From Eledone cirrhosa (taxonomy: Eukaryota): a stretch of 64,000 bases of DNA. Location of the stretch: NCBI GenBank assembly GCA_964016885.1, contig OZ024756.1:15624001-15688000 (forward strand), in the 5' to 3' direction. The position numbers and the translations under genes were made by a program. The notes beneath the pieces are model-generated. The model did not search any database, had not been told where the DNA came from, and saw only the letters and a program-made list of their open reading frames with translations. How positions within the stretch are numbered: the stretch's first letter is position 1; each line of letters begins with the position of its first letter. Shown here in pieces: positions 45,159 through 59,421 of this stretch.

Positions 45159-45661
45159 CAGTCGATTGACTTTCGTCAAATCGGAACGAGGATACAAGGT
45201 TTCCATTGGTCTTTCCAATTCTCCAGGTAGAAGGAGCAATGTAAAATAAAGTTACTTGCCCAAGGACATAACGCATCGCCCAGTTCGGGACTCAAACTTA
45301 CAACCTCACGATTGCGAATCCAATTCTCTCACCACTCAGCCACTGCCTTCTCTCTCTATATATATAGGTGTGTGTGTGTGTGCATGTATATATGTATGTA
45401 TGTGTGTATGTATCAGGATTACACCAGTTTAAACTAGTAAGACCATAATTCAGCAGAGTACACGATACTTGGGTTAGTAGAGTGTAAACATAGTAAAGAG
45501 TCAGGAATTTGTTGCCGAAACGGCAAGAGCTCAGTCGTTGGGCCCTGACTTTCTACTATATATATCTCTGTGTGTGTGTGTGTGTGTGCGTGCGCCTGTA
45601 TAAACTTAGATTTAATATTTAAATATTTACATATATAGCTGTATATATGTGTGTGTATATA

Positions 45662-45693
<32 letters not shown>

Positions 45694-46179
45694 TGTCTGT
45701 GTATCCTTTACTGTGTGTGCATGTCCCTATAGGTGTATAGTATGCGTATATATCGGTTATTTACGAATGTCTATCACACTTGGCCCACAACCAAACAGTG
45801 ACACAGTCTTCCAACAATGTAGACAAAAGAAACCAAATATGAAATATTCAAATTCTTTGGTTTTGGTAAAATATGTCTGATTACATCTGACAATTCCTTT
45901 CATTTCCTCTCCTGCACCAACACCACACCTCTATTTCCTCCATCACTCCAGAGTGACAGACAGACAGATGCCGCCAATGAAATTCTTTTAATCATAAAAT
46001 TACAAAAACAAAAGAAACGATAAAATGATATGTTTAAGACATTGTACCACAATCTATAACATAATAGCTGCACAACTCTTCTGTCCGTCTGTCACGCGAA
46101 CGTTGTGATCTATTGAGAACGTTTTAAATTTTGTTGATGTACTAATACATACACACACACACGTGCATACACATACGCG

Positions 46180-46225
<46 letters not shown>

Positions 46226-46249
46226 CAAGCACACACACATATAAAGGAA

Positions 46250-46455
46250 CGATCGACTTTCGTCAAATCGGACCGAGGGAACAATGTTTCCGTTGGTCTT
46301 TCCAATTGCTAATACTATCTATCGGTCGCAACTCCAGGTAGAAGGAGCAACGTGAAATAAAGTGTCTTGCTCAAGGACATAACGCATCACCTGGTCCAGG
46401 AATCGAACTCACAACCTTACGATTGCGAATCCAATTCTCTAACCACTCAGCCACA
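46250..46455 (-). mobile_element. SINE family B copy
   Basis: Minus strand has A box TGGCTGAGTGG and B box AGTTCGATTCC. A similar copy lies at 45160-45345. Confidence 0.7.
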
Positions 46456-46485
46456 TATCTGTGTATATATATATATATATATACA

Positions 46486-46516
<31 letters not shown>

Positions 46517-46545
46517 GTGTATATATATGTATGTATATATATATA

Positions 46546-46604
<59 letters not shown>

Positions 46605-47168
46605 ACGCACACACCTTTTCCTGAACATGGAACCTCGTTCTTCCTCAAACTCTCACATACACACGCACACACACTCACATACACCTTCACACATACAGAA
46701 ACACCACCTTCAGCCTTCCTCCGCTTCCAACTCCACCCGCCACCACCCTTACACGCCTCACACCCTTCTACCACTTGTTCATCTTATTGTTTATTCTTAC
46801 GTTTATTTTTACGTTTATTTTTATTTTTATTTTTATTTTTATTTTTATTTTTATTTTTATTTTTATATTTTTATTTTTATTTTTATTTTTATTTTTATTT
46901 TTATTTTTATTTTTATTTTTATTTTTATTTTTATTTTTATTTTTATTTTTATTTTTATTTTTATTTTTATTTTTATTTTTATTTGTTCTCCTTCCCCCTT
47001 TTTTTCTAAATGTATTTCCACACACCCTCTGAACTCTCTTCCTAACCTATTTACTCCTGAGAAAGGGCTTATGCCCGAAACGTCGTTCCCCACACACCCA
47101 CTCTCAAAAGCGTGAACCTAATAAACCTTTATTTGTCTGCCTTTCTGTTTTGTTCCCGTATAAATTAG

Positions 47169-47263
<95 letters not shown>

Positions 47264-47826
47264 GAGTTTATGTTGGTTGTATACCAACACCTCAGTATGC
47301 AGGCTGGAGCACTCGACGAAGTGCGCAGGTTGGTTTGGTTACTCCGGAGTAGTGTAAAATAAAGTTAAATAAAAGTCAAATGATTAAAATTTAGCTTCGT
47401 TTATTACTGCTATATATATTTTAGTGACACCCATCTTTGGCTGTGACCTCTTTTCAGGCAGCTTGAATTAGTATGGTATAGACAAGTACATATGTTGTTG
47501 AGGTGTATAATATAGTCAATACTCTGATATGCCCAGTTCCTTGTTGGGTTGTTATATGACTCCAGTTCCTCAGTGAAATAACAACCCAACAAGGAACTGG
47601 GCATATCAGAGGGCATTAATAATGAGTTCAAAACTCAGGTAGTCCTTTACAATGAAATAGCTCAAAAAAAGAAGTATTTCTGAGCCCTGTAATACAAGTT
47701 AAATCGAGACAGGCAAACTGTATTATTATAATTAGTATTTTTCAATCTACCTAACTTAGTAATTTACAATACAAACACGGATATGTTAGTATTTGTGTTT
47801 ATCAAATATATTAATTTATATTAACT

Positions 47827-47891
<65 letters not shown>

Positions 47892-48403
47892 GATCTCTTG
47901 AGGCACACCCTCCATTACTAACCCACTACTATTTCAATTTAGGTTCTTCAGTGTGGTTTATTTTTAACCGGAGAAAGATATTGAGTGTCCGAGGAATTTA
48001 TTAGTGACGAGCGAAGGGAGGCCACACATCGACCAATGAAAGCATCCTGCTTGTTCCGGCTTTAAATGACGGAACGAATATACCTGAGAGGCTGGGGTAG
48101 AGGATCACATGTGAAGATGCATGGTTTAGTGTAGGGGTCTTAAACTGAAGATCTCAAAAGGGCCAATGTGTCCTGGTGGGGGGAGGCAGAAGCACAGCTG
48201 GCGGCCAAAAGTGAGATGAGGGGCAGTGCAATGTGACAGTCACCAGTACTAATGCTAATCTGCAATACAGCTGATAGGTTGCTATCTATTAGTGCTTTGG
48301 GGGGGGGGTCATAAAAATGAATTCCCACAATAGTAAATGGGATATGGGAATATAACATGTAGGGCGACAATTTTTCGTTTAAAATTTTTGCCCTGAGCCA
48401 TAT

Positions 48404-48619
48404 AAAAGTAGTATGCGGGCTGCGTGTTTAAACTAAAAGTAGTACGCGGGCTGCGTGTTTAAACTAAAAGTAGTACGCAGGCTGCGTGTTTAAACTAAAA
48501 GTAGTACGCGAGCTGCGTGTTTAAACTAAAAGTAGTATGCGGGCTGCGTGTTTAAACTAAAAGTAGTACGCGGGCTGCGTGTTTAAACTAAAAGTAGTAT
48601 GCGGGCTGTGTGTTTAAAC
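48404..48619. repeat. 31-bp minisatellite, about 7 copies
   Basis: Unit AAAAGTAGTACGCGGGCTGCGTGTTTAAACT. Confidence 0.95.
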
Positions 48620-48744
48620 ACCTAACTTGGTAGCTAGGATTAGTGACTGATTTCTTATGTTGTTTCTCCTTTGTTCTGTCCTACATCATCTTGTTTGTAT
48701 GTGTTGTATGCTGTGTACTTGGTTTAGGACAGAACAAAGGAGGG

Positions 48745-50949
48745 ACACAAAATCATATTCCACGCTAGGGAAACCGACTTGCTCTTTTTAAATTCCACTT
48801 GGAAAAAGAGGGCTCCAAACACTCCTTTCGACGTCAGTATGGGCTCGACTGACTCGGCCGAGGTGACCGACCTTATAGGACTATACATACTCCATAAACT
48901 CATTGAAAAGTTTCCTGCGTTCGGCGGTGGTCTGTAGCGAGATGACAGGCTTCTTACCCTCACAGGGTACAACTCCAGTAGCACGGACCGGGTCCGTAAA
49001 CACCTCATTAAATTCTTCCGGGATTTAGGTTTCAAAATCACCCTACAGACTTCCCTTACCCGCGTCAATTTTCTGGATGTTACACTCAACCTGGAGAATA
49101 ATTTGTACTACCCATATAGGAAACCTAACGAGAACCTACACTATATCCACCGCAGTTCTAACTATCCTAGGAACATTACCAACAACTAAATAAAAAATAT
49201 CTCCCTTGTCCGCAAACGAGCAAATCTTTAACGAACACGCACCATATTACAACCAGGTCCTCAAAAGAAGCGGCTTCGGGAGGACATTTCATATTTTCCA
49301 GGCCTTTCTAGCGGATCCAGCAGGCGCCAGCAACCGCTCACGCCACGTAACGTGGTTCAACCCTCCCCTCAATGCCGAGGTTGCAACACCAATTGGGAAG
49401 GTCTTCAGACTTCTCGATAAACACCTCCCACCCCAACGCCCCAACCACAATATCATCAACAGAAACACTGTTAAACTTTCCTACAGCACTACACCCAACT
49501 TTGCACAAAACATTGCTTCATCTAACAACAAAAACTCCTCTCTAACAGAACAAACAACAACGATATTAGTGGTGAGCAAACTAGGTGTAACTGTCCGGAC
49601 AGATCATCGTGCCCCCTCAACAATAGATGCCGAGAACGAAACGTGGTCTACCAGTGCAACGTGAGGACGGAAAACTCCAACAAGGCTTACATCGGATTAA
49701 CCGCCTGCGATTTTAAGATCCGTATTACCAACACCAACATACATTTAGAAACCCGGCCCGGCGACACGTGACAGTAGTTTCTGGCCATATTTGGGACCTC
49801 CAAGACAGCAATATTACCTACCATCTAAGTTGGAGCATACTTTCCATGGCAAAATCTTACTCGGGGGCACGCCGTCCGTGTAATTTATGCTCGGAGGAAA
49901 CGATCCAGATGCTGTTTGCAAAGGACCAACTCTTAAACAAAAAAGATGAACTTGTTACCTCGTGTAAACACAGAATTCATAGGACATATCTTTCCTTCAA
50001 ACCCCCTCACAACCCAGGTAGGTAGACCTCGGCTGTATCGCTTTCCTAATTACAAACTACTAAGATAGAGGACACCCCAAGCATACTTAGGTAGAAATAG
50101 ACTTTATTCTTTTTTCTTCATTAGTTACACACTCTAATTACACTTAGGTGGATCTTTGCATATCTACACTTATAATCAGTTTCTATTCTTCTTTAGGTTA
50201 ACCCGGCAAATTTTCACTCTTGTTAAATATACATAGAACCGGCCCAACACATAGCCATGGTTTTTTTGGGGGGAGGGGGTATCATTATAAAAGAAAATAC
50301 TAGTAAATGACTGTATTGTGATGCCGTTCCAGTGCATTAGAGTAACTGATAACTAAATTCTATTTATTAGGAATTTAATTAGTATTAACATCTATATGCT
50401 TTGCTCTAGCTAAGTGTTAAACTTGGCATACTTACTTTCACTCCTTAATTCTCATATGCTGGATTTACTTTCTTACCTCTATTAGAGACAGTTGTAAAGA
50501 TGTTCTCTCTTAACGCCTGACCGGCTTGGCTCCTACAGGCCGGAATGTCATCTTACTCCCTCCCCTTTGTTCTTCAGGCAAGTTCCCCCCACCCCCCACA
50601 CACACACACACTCACGAAGGAATTTAACCATGTACATGACATCCCAAAATTATTGACCACTCCCCATGATAGACAAGAAAAACAACAAATTTTTAGGATT
50701 GTTTTATTTGATACTTCTGCTTTTTTTTTGTTTTTGACTGCATGCCTACATATGGACTGTACCCCTTCATAAGTTTAGCTAGGTCCCTGCCGTCCTAATA
50801 CTGGTGGGTTATTCGGTTCTATCTGTCGAAACGGCCGGAGCTCAGCCGTCGAGGTCTGATTCTTTTCCTATTGCCCACCCTACTACTCTAAGTATCGAGT
50901 ACTCTGGTGCATTATGGTCCACCTGGTATCTTACCACACTTTCTTTGTT
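48745..50949 (+). mobile_element. 5'-truncated degenerate Penelope-like retroelement (RT, Cys finger, GIY-YIG, 3' UTR/pLTR)
   Basis: FDVSMGSTDSAEVTDLIGLY, GGL*RDD (YRDD with a stop), VNFLDVTLNL, WFNPP, CNCPDRSSCPLNNRC, VVYQCNV...AYIGLT and CNLCSEE...LLNKKDELVTSCKH. Several frameshifts. A family P tail follows at 50823-50949. Confidence 0.9.
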
Positions 50950-51011
50950 ATATATATATAATTTCTCCCGAATGAAACAGTTCTAGTCTTGTAGAAGCCA
51001 TTTATATATAT

Positions 51012-51082
51012 AAAATAGAACAAAGGTTTTTTTTAAAGTAGTGGATTAGTTCAGGAAGTAACCCCAAATGAAAGAATTGGTA

Positions 51083-51134
<52 letters not shown>

Positions 51135-51173
51135 ATTAGTTCAGGAAGTAACCCCAAATGAAAGAATTGCTAG

Positions 51174-51236
<63 letters not shown>

Positions 51237-51274
51237 ATTAGTTCAGGAAGTAACCCCAAATGAAAGAATTGCTA

Positions 51275-51312
<38 letters not shown>

Positions 51313-51414
51313 ATTAGTTCAGGAAGTAACCCCAAATGAAAGAATTGCTAGTATGTATATATATATATATATATATGGATTAGTTCAGGAAGCCCAAATG
51401 AAAGAATTGGTAGT

Positions 51415-51485
<71 letters not shown>

Positions 51486-51523
51486 TAGCAATTCTTTCAT
51501 TTGGCGTTACTTCCTGAACTAAT

Positions 51524-51554
<31 letters not shown>

Positions 51555-51593
51555 CTAGCAATTCTTTCATTTGGCGTTACTTCCTGAACTAAT

Positions 51594-51647
<54 letters not shown>

Positions 51648-51718
51648 TAGCAATTCTTTCATTTGGCGTTACTTCCTGAACTAATCCACTACTTTAAAAA
51701 AAACCTTTGCTCTATTTT
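51012..51718. repeat. Fold-back array of a 43-bp unit separated by (TA)n
   Basis: GGATTAGTTCAGGAAGTAACCCCAAATGAAAGAATTGCTAGTA occurs five times forward then three times inverted. The outer arms are also inverted. Confidence 0.9.
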
Positions 51719-52690
51719 TTAATGAAACTGAACCGGCAACCCTGTTCTGTTTATTACAAATCTCGGTTGTAGTAAGTAGTTTACTACGTGAACTAAATGA
51801 ACTTCGAGTGATTATTAAATAAATGATAAATGAAATAAATAAAAACTACAGCCCTATTTTAGTCCCCGGAAGAAGAAAAAAAGAGAAAATAATAGTTTAT
51901 GGGATCACGTGTGTTGGATATAAAAAAAAAACCTTTAAGTTTCGTCGACCTTAAAATATCAACACTTACACAGCGACCTTATTATCAACGCCTTAAATTC
52001 CGACCTTAATATCAACAACACTTGAATTCCGACCTTATTTCAGCTTCAAGTATAGCATTGTTGTTTTTAAAATGTTCCTGCTGACGCTTGAACCTATTGA
52101 CAATATAGGTAGATAAATAAGCAAAACTTGTAATGGCTTCCAGATTCCTTTCAATTTGCAGACGACAGTTTCTTCTCTGTAAAGAACCAACCAACCAACC
52201 AGCCACCAAAAACACATGTGTGTGTTATTAAACTGATATATTTATAACACGATACAATTCGAAGCTTGGAAATACTTTCACTGCGTTCTTTATTACTCTT
52301 CACAATTGACATTTTGTCTAGAAATTTATCTAACGAACCAACCAACCAGCCGACCAACCAACTCTGGCCATCTTCAGTTGAATAGTGAAAGATGTGTATC
52401 TGGATTATTCAAAAGATAAACTAATTAAAAACAGAACAAGGATCAGCTGGAAAAAAAATTAGTTGAAATTCTTTCTTTGTTTTCTTTCATTCTTTCCCTT
52501 TTCTTTTCCGATTCCTTAACCATTTCTTATCAAACTTTTAAAGAGAAAAACAACATGTATGATTTTTCAAATAATTTAGAAAAACAATCAAGAATTTGGA
52601 GGAATTTAATAAATAATTTTCTCATTATTTCATCATTAAGGTGGTATTTGAAACATAGTTAAAGATTCTTACAGAGAATTATAATGGATG

Positions 52691-52722
<32 letters not shown>

Positions 52723-52724
<2 letters not shown>

Positions 52725-52912
52725 CGAAGGAAATGTGGTAAGGAACCAGGTGGACCATAACGCACCAAAGTACTCAATACTTAGGGTAGTAGAGTGAGTA
52801 ATAGGAACAAGTAAGACCCCGACAGCTGAGCTCAAGCCGTTTCGACGACTAATTCTGGAATTAGCCGTCGAAACGGCTTGAGCTCAGCCGTCGGGGTCTT
52901 ACTTGTTCCTAT
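52723..52912 (-). mobile_element. Family P PLE terminal fragment with fold-back palindrome
   Basis: Arms centred at CTAATTC-TG-GAATTAG (about 52856), flanked by (TA)n. Confidence 0.7.
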
Positions 52913-53666
52913 ATATATATATATATATATATATATTCGTATATATATATCAAGGAGACAACAAGCAGGGGTACAACAAGTCTTATTAGTTTCACGCTTT
53001 ATATGGAAAAGAGGAAAAAAGTTCGACGTGTCGGGCTTAAGTCCTTCTTCAGGAATACAAAATAGAGATAGGATCACAAAGGAGAAACAGAAATAAAGGA
53101 GATCCAAGTTAAGAAAAAAAAATCAAAAGTGTAGAGTGTAAAATATAAACAAGATAAACCCTTAGGCATCAAAGATTGTATCGGAGATAGTGTGTGTACG
53201 CGTATATCCGTGTGGTATGTGGTAGTGGACTTGTATGTGTGAGTGAAAGTGAATTCGAATGTGCGTACTGCATATGTGCGTTGAAGTTATTTTGTGTGTA
53301 TGTAAAGTATCTGGCAGTGTAGTGTATGTCCGGTAGATGTGTGGATTTGTATGTGTGAGTGTATGATTAAATTTTAACGCGTGTATGTATATATTTACGC
53401 GCACTGTTCTCTTCTTTGTCAGTTGACGCATTTGCGATGCTTTTTCTTCTATATTTGTTTAATTTGCCTAAAAGCTTAACTTGTCTCTACCTGTTTTGTT
53501 ATGTCCCTATTGGCATATGGTGTTGTCTTCTCAAAGCCCCGGTGACATATACGATATGAGTAAGCAACACCAAATTTCAGCCCGGGGCATATCAATGAAT
53601 CGAAACAACAGAAGTAAGCTTTATTTTATCTTTATGTTTTTCTGTTTTTTTTCTGTTCAAATTGTA

Positions 53667-53725
53667 GCTGTCTGATGAAGTCATAACTGTTGCATAGCGG
53701 TTATCACCGAAATATATATAACAGC
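53667..53725 (+). ncRNA. Type I hammerhead ribozyme motif (family H6)
   Basis: GCTGT-CTGATGA-AGTC-ATAACTGTT-GCAT-AGCGGTTAT-CACC-GAA-ATATATAT-A-ACAGC. Confidence 0.75.
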
Positions 53726-55389
53726 GATTATGAATAAACGAAGTTAATTATAACCTATTGACTTGAACTTCATATTTATAAATATTTATAAATATACTCC
53801 GGAGATAAACAAACCCATTGTACTTCGTTGACTGCTCTACCCTAAATACTGAAGTGTCAGTGATTAACTAACACATACTCTAATTACTTAATTATATATA
53901 TATATATATATATACTCAATGTATATATATATACTCAATGAAAATACAAGAAGGTTGCATTCCGATCTCTTCCTTTAATGTGTTTTCATTGGAGTATTTC
54001 ACTCCGTTCCTATACCAACTACGAAATACCACAGCTATGATGGAATATGCGCATAACGTCGAGTGCTTTTTCTTACTGCATCATAATCTGCTAATCGGAA
54101 TGACTGGATCTACCTGTTAGATAAACCATGCAATGTAAATGGCGTGCGTGTGTAGGTGTGTGTGTATGTGTGTGTGTACGTGTATGTGTGTGTGGGGGGG
54201 GGTGAGTGTTGTCAAGGCGAAGCTATAGTAGAAGAGCTTTACTCAAGGTATCGTCACTCGGCGAGATTTAACCTAGAACCACGTGGGTTGCACCCGCCAA
54301 CGAACTCCTTAACCATTTAATCAAATAGCAAGTGTTTTTCTTTTCATAGAATGCCTAGTGAGGTCGATGAAAGGTCAAGGATTGTATGAAAGTGGGGGTC
54401 GACAGTTTAAAATGAAATAAAACTGTAAGGGTTTTCGAATACAGACGAATGTTGTTTGTTTTTGGTGATGTATGGGGTGTTGAGAGGTGGAGGGGGGGGG
54501 GGGGTTATCGAAAGGCCAAAAAAGGAAAAAGACGGCAAGAAAAATGATTCGTTTTTTTTTTTTAACGAATTGCTGATGTTGCAAAAACGGGTGAAACATT
54601 AGATTTCCAACAATTTATCAAGACATTTTAACTGTGTGAGATTCTATTTCACAATAATTATGACTTGGTAACTTTATACAACCACACTAACCACTTAACT
54701 GCCATTACATTTCAAACCCTTAAATTAACATTTTCTATATTTTTTCTTCCTTTTGTTTCATTTGCTTTTTCTTTTTCCTTTTATTTTCCTTCCTTTTCCT
54801 TCCTTTTTTCTCCCCTTTTTCCTTGTTTTTCTCTTTCTTTTTCTTTGCCTTTCTCTCTCTTTTACTCTTCCTTTTTCCCTTCCTTTGTCCTTTTTCTTTT
54901 TCTCTTCTCTCTCAAACATTTTTGGTTTCCCGTTATTTTACAGACGTATACCACCCAGCCAAGGGTTTACACTTGCTCCACGCTAACCCTTTCCCTTATT
55001 TTCTATTTCATTCCCTCCTCCCCACCCCCCTCTATCTCTCGCTCTCGTCCTGTTTATTATTTAGATTTATTTAAAATACTTTCATTATTGTGTAATTTAA
55101 AACTTTATAAATAGATCTTCTTTGCATGTTTTCTTTCTTTGTTTGGTTTTCTTTCTTGTTGTTTGTTTTTGTTATTTATTTATTGTTATTTTTAGGGGGG
55201 GGGGGGTAAGTTTTTTTAATACATTTTTCTCACGTCTCTCATTTTTCTTATTTTTCTCATTCAGCAATTCCACTCTTCCCACCACCTCTCCTTCCTCTCT
55301 CACTCCACTCTTCCCACCACCTCTCCTTCCTCTCTCATTCCACTCTTCCCACCACCTATTTCCTTAATTGTTCCAGTCTCTGCAAGCAT

Positions 55390-55622
55390 ATTTTGCCCTT
55401 TCGTTACCATATGTACCCCTTTCGTTAGCATATTTAACCCTTTCGTTGCTTTAACTAGCCCTTTCGCTACCATGTTTGACCCTTTCGTTATCATATTGGT
55501 TATTTCGTTACCATAATTAACCTTTTCGTTGCCATAAGCAACTGTTTCGTTACCATAATTAACCATTTCGTTACCTTAATCTACTCTTTCGTTACCATAT
55601 TTCACCAGTTCGTTACCATATT
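55390..55622. repeat. Degenerate 21-bp tandem repeat TTAACCCTTTCGTTACCATAT
   Basis: About 11 copies. The unit matches the element end at 61891-61911. Confidence 0.8.
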
Positions 55623-55931
55623 AGCTATGTATGTGCTTAAAATAGAAACCAATATTTGCTACACATGTTTTCTATATTCTCCACAATGTCATGTAAGTGT
55701 CAGCTAACATACTCTTATGTATGTATACGTGTGTGTGTGTTTGTGCGTGTGTGTATATGAGTGAATGTGTTCATGTGTGTGGGTGGGTGCATATGTGCAT
55801 GGGTGTGCATGTGTGTGCATCTGTGCATGTGTGTGCATATGTGCATGTGTGCGTATGTGCATGTGTGCGATTGTGTGCGTGTATATATGTGTATGCATGT
55901 ATGCATATATGTGTGCATGTATGTATATACG

Positions 55932-55964
<33 letters not shown>

Positions 55965-56287
55965 ATGTATATATATATAGAGAGAGAATTGGAAACTATA
56001 TATGATGAAGACAATATATATATGACAGCACTGGGAGGAACTTGGTTGAAGTCTGTCTATATATGTGTGTATAATGTATAATGTATAGTGTATAGTGTGT
56101 ATAATGTATTAGTGTATATCGTGTGTATAATGTGTGGGTGTATCGTGTGTTAGTGTGGGCTAACACTGCTGACATAGATGGAGCAGACGATCGAGAATTG
56201 AATAACAAGAGAAGGGAATACCACGTTATTCTAGCATTAGCTTTCTTTTTACTACTGATCGGGTTACTAACTACTGCCGTATATAAC

Positions 56288-56318
<31 letters not shown>

Positions 56319-56429
56319 ACATATAAATATATGTGTGTGTATGTATATATGTATGTGTATATGTATATATATATATGATGTATGTATATATATATGATAT
56401 ATATGATATATATGTATATATATATATAT

Positions 56430-56505
<76 letters not shown>

Positions 56506-56510
56506 ATGTT

Positions 56511-56555
<45 letters not shown>

Positions 56556-56594
56556 AAAATTGAAAATTGCAAACTTGACTGTCACCACACATTA

Positions 56595-56633
56595 TGAACC
56601 TGAAGATTGCGAAAGCATGAAAGTACTTGTTCA
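56595..56633 (+). ncRNA. Compact type I hammerhead ribozyme motif (family H7)
   Basis: TGAAC-CTGAAGA-T-TGC-GAAA-GCA-T-GAA-AGTACT-T-GTTCA. Perfect 5-bp stem I, GNRA-capped stem II, palindromic stem III and a CUU triplet. Confidence 0.75.
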
Positions 56634-56745
56634 ATTAACACTTAACATTTAATATTCTACCATACTATTTCATTCTAATACCATTATAAATTTTAAAGGT
56701 TTGTAAATAAAACGAGTAAATCAGACAAAGTTGGAATTCCTTTTA

Positions 56746-56799
<54 letters not shown>

Positions 56800-56844
56800 A
56801 ATCAATTTCTAGTTTATATATACATATATATATATATATATAAA

Positions 56845-57080
56845 GTCTGTCTTAAGCCAGAAGGCTCATTTGACCGGTGCTTATCCCGGTTTCATGGCGT
56901 ACAAGACTCCCCCCTGGAGAGGGTTAAATCCCCAGCTATTGCTGGTACTCATTTTCAGCTGAGTATACTGGAGCAACGTGAAATGAAGTGTTTTGCTCAA
57001 GAACACAACACACAGCCCAGGAATCGAACCCCCGACATTATGATCGTAAGTCGAACACACTTACCACTAGGCCACGTGCT
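56845..57080 (-). mobile_element. SINE family B, near full length
   Basis: Minus strand has A box TGGCCTAGTGG and B box GGTTCGATTCC, then GTGTTCTTGAGCAAAACACTTCATTTCACGTTGCTCCAG. Confidence 0.8.
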
Positions 57081-57251
57081 ATATATATATATATATATAT
57101 GTATATATGCATATATATATATATATACATATGTATATATGCATATATATATATATATATATATGCAAATATATCTATATATATATATATATATGTGTGC
57201 GCGTGTGTGTGTATGTATGCATGTATGTATATATATATATGCATATATATA

Positions 57252-57295
<44 letters not shown>

Positions 57296-57300
<5 letters not shown>

Positions 57301-57746
57301 ATACTTTGGGAGGGTCATGTTGCCAATAAGAAACACACGCACCAGTTGCTTTCACTTCAATTTATTATAATAAATTTATAAATTTCCCGTTGGTTGGTTG
57401 GTTCCACAACCAGATGGTTGTTTATATATTGTCAAAGTTCTTTCGCCACACATTCTATGACCTCTTCAGTGACTGGGGGTTCTTTTCTTTGTTTTTTGTG
57501 CCTCTCCTTTGTTCTGTCCTACGCCATCAAACAAGATGGCGTAGGACAGAACAAAGGAGAGGCACAACCAACCAACCAACCGGAAATTTATAAATTCCTA
57601 AATTTATAAATTTATTATAATAAATTGAAGTGAAAGCAACTGGTGCGTGTGTTTCTTATTGGCAACATGACCCTCCCAAAGTATAACAATATCGGTTTCA
57701 ACACACGATTTCAGATAAAGAATCTTGCTAAACAAATTCAGAAACG

Positions 57747-57748
<2 letters not shown>
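57296..57748. repeat. Family Q repeat in fold-back arrangement
   Basis: Inverted arms meet at CGCCATC-AAACAA-GATGGCG (about 57531). Confidence 0.8.
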
Positions 57749-57829
<81 letters not shown>

Positions 57830-58207
57830 TATATTATACACACACATACATACAGACATATATATGCATATGGGGGCGCCAAGTAATATCCACAAACAGC
57901 CACTATCAATGTACTGCACATGTTGAACCTTCTCAAATTTGTTCAACCCATTAATCAAAGAAACAGTATTCATGGTTATCACCCCTTCAACAACGAAACC
58001 GTCAGAAACAATTCCTCATTCGACAATCTTTATATTTATCTGTAAAAAAACCTTTGTTGCAGTCATTGGTCTTATTTAACTGGAAAGTTTGTTGGAATGA
58101 ATATCAAGCCGCTTCCTGCAGCCTCAGATATTCAGGACGTATCGGAGGGTTCTTGCTGTTCCCAGCAAGCATGCCTTCATTAACCATTCTAAAAGTAGAA
58201 ACAATTA

Positions 58208-58257
<50 letters not shown>

Positions 58258-58262
<5 letters not shown>

Positions 58263-58447
58263 AACCGGTAAGACCCCGACGGCTGAGCTCAAGCCGTTTC
58301 GACGGCTAATTCTCCAGAATTAGCCGTCGAAACGGCTTGAGCTCAGCCGTCGGGGTCTTACCGGTTCCTATTACCCACTCTACTACCCCAAGTATTGAGT
58401 ACTTTGGTGCGTTATGGTCCACCTGGTTCCTTACCACATTTCCTTCG

Positions 58448-58449
<2 letters not shown>
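58258..58449 (+). mobile_element. Family P PLE terminal fragment with fold-back palindrome
   Basis: Perfect arms centred at AATTCT-CC-AGAATT (about 58314), flanked by (TA)n. Confidence 0.7.
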
Positions 58450-58515
<66 letters not shown>

Positions 58516-59421
58516 ACTGTCGCCCGTGGTGGATCCCAATCCCCACCCCTCTTACACAGTCATATTGTTACAGCATAAATATGTCGTCACACATTTATAG
58601 ACATGCGCTGTGATTTTGTGCAACGTTTTCTGTCATTAGCAATGTAAGCGGAAAGAATTCCAATAGGAAATTGAAACGAGGTTCTGGTCTCGGTTCAGCA
58701 GCAGGCATCGTCCCACCTACATAGCAGTTATTTTCAATAATTACTTTGCCAGATCTTCCTGTGGTACTTATTATAATATACTCCGTACCACAAATATGTC
58801 ACTCAGTCTTATTTGCAAAATAAAAATCCTTATTAAAATGTTTACTACGTCAAGCGAGATCGTAATTTAGCTTTGATATCTTAAATATTTCTAAACTTTA
58901 CACCACTTAAACAAGAATTAACCCTTTTGATAACACGCCGCCTGAGACCTCCCTTGGTTCTACGATACAAAACAGGTTTATTTTAAAGTGTTTTTAAAAA
59001 ACTGTCATCACAATTTTATGTAACAACTTTTGTCAAATTATGTTACAAATACCAGATTGATAATGGAGAAAGTTAGTTATATTGCTAAACCCTGTAAATT
59101 CTAAACTATATTCAAAAGGATTTTAATATCATAGGAGAGGGTATCTTTCACTAGAATTAGGGTTAAGGCAGGATTATAGTGTTTGCATTATGTAAAAACT
59201 TTATGTAAGAAACTTTATGTAAGAAACTTTATGTAAGAATCTTTGTTTAACTATGTTCCAAACACCATCGTAAAGTGCTTATATTTATCTAAATACCTTT
59301 CATCAAAATTTCATATAAGAACATTTGTTAAGTTGTGTTCCAAACACCACCAGATAAATTCTGAAATGGTCACTAAATCTACAAACTCTTGATTTTTTTT
59401 TTTATGATTTGAAAATCATTG

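Noticed and set aside
51043-51690. CRISPR-like repeat-spacer pattern
   Set aside because: Spacers are (TA)n, units invert, there are no cas genes and the context is eukaryotic.
56990-57080. Possible tRNA genes at A/B-box motifs
   Set aside because: No full cloverleaf is evident, and all continue into shared SINE bodies.
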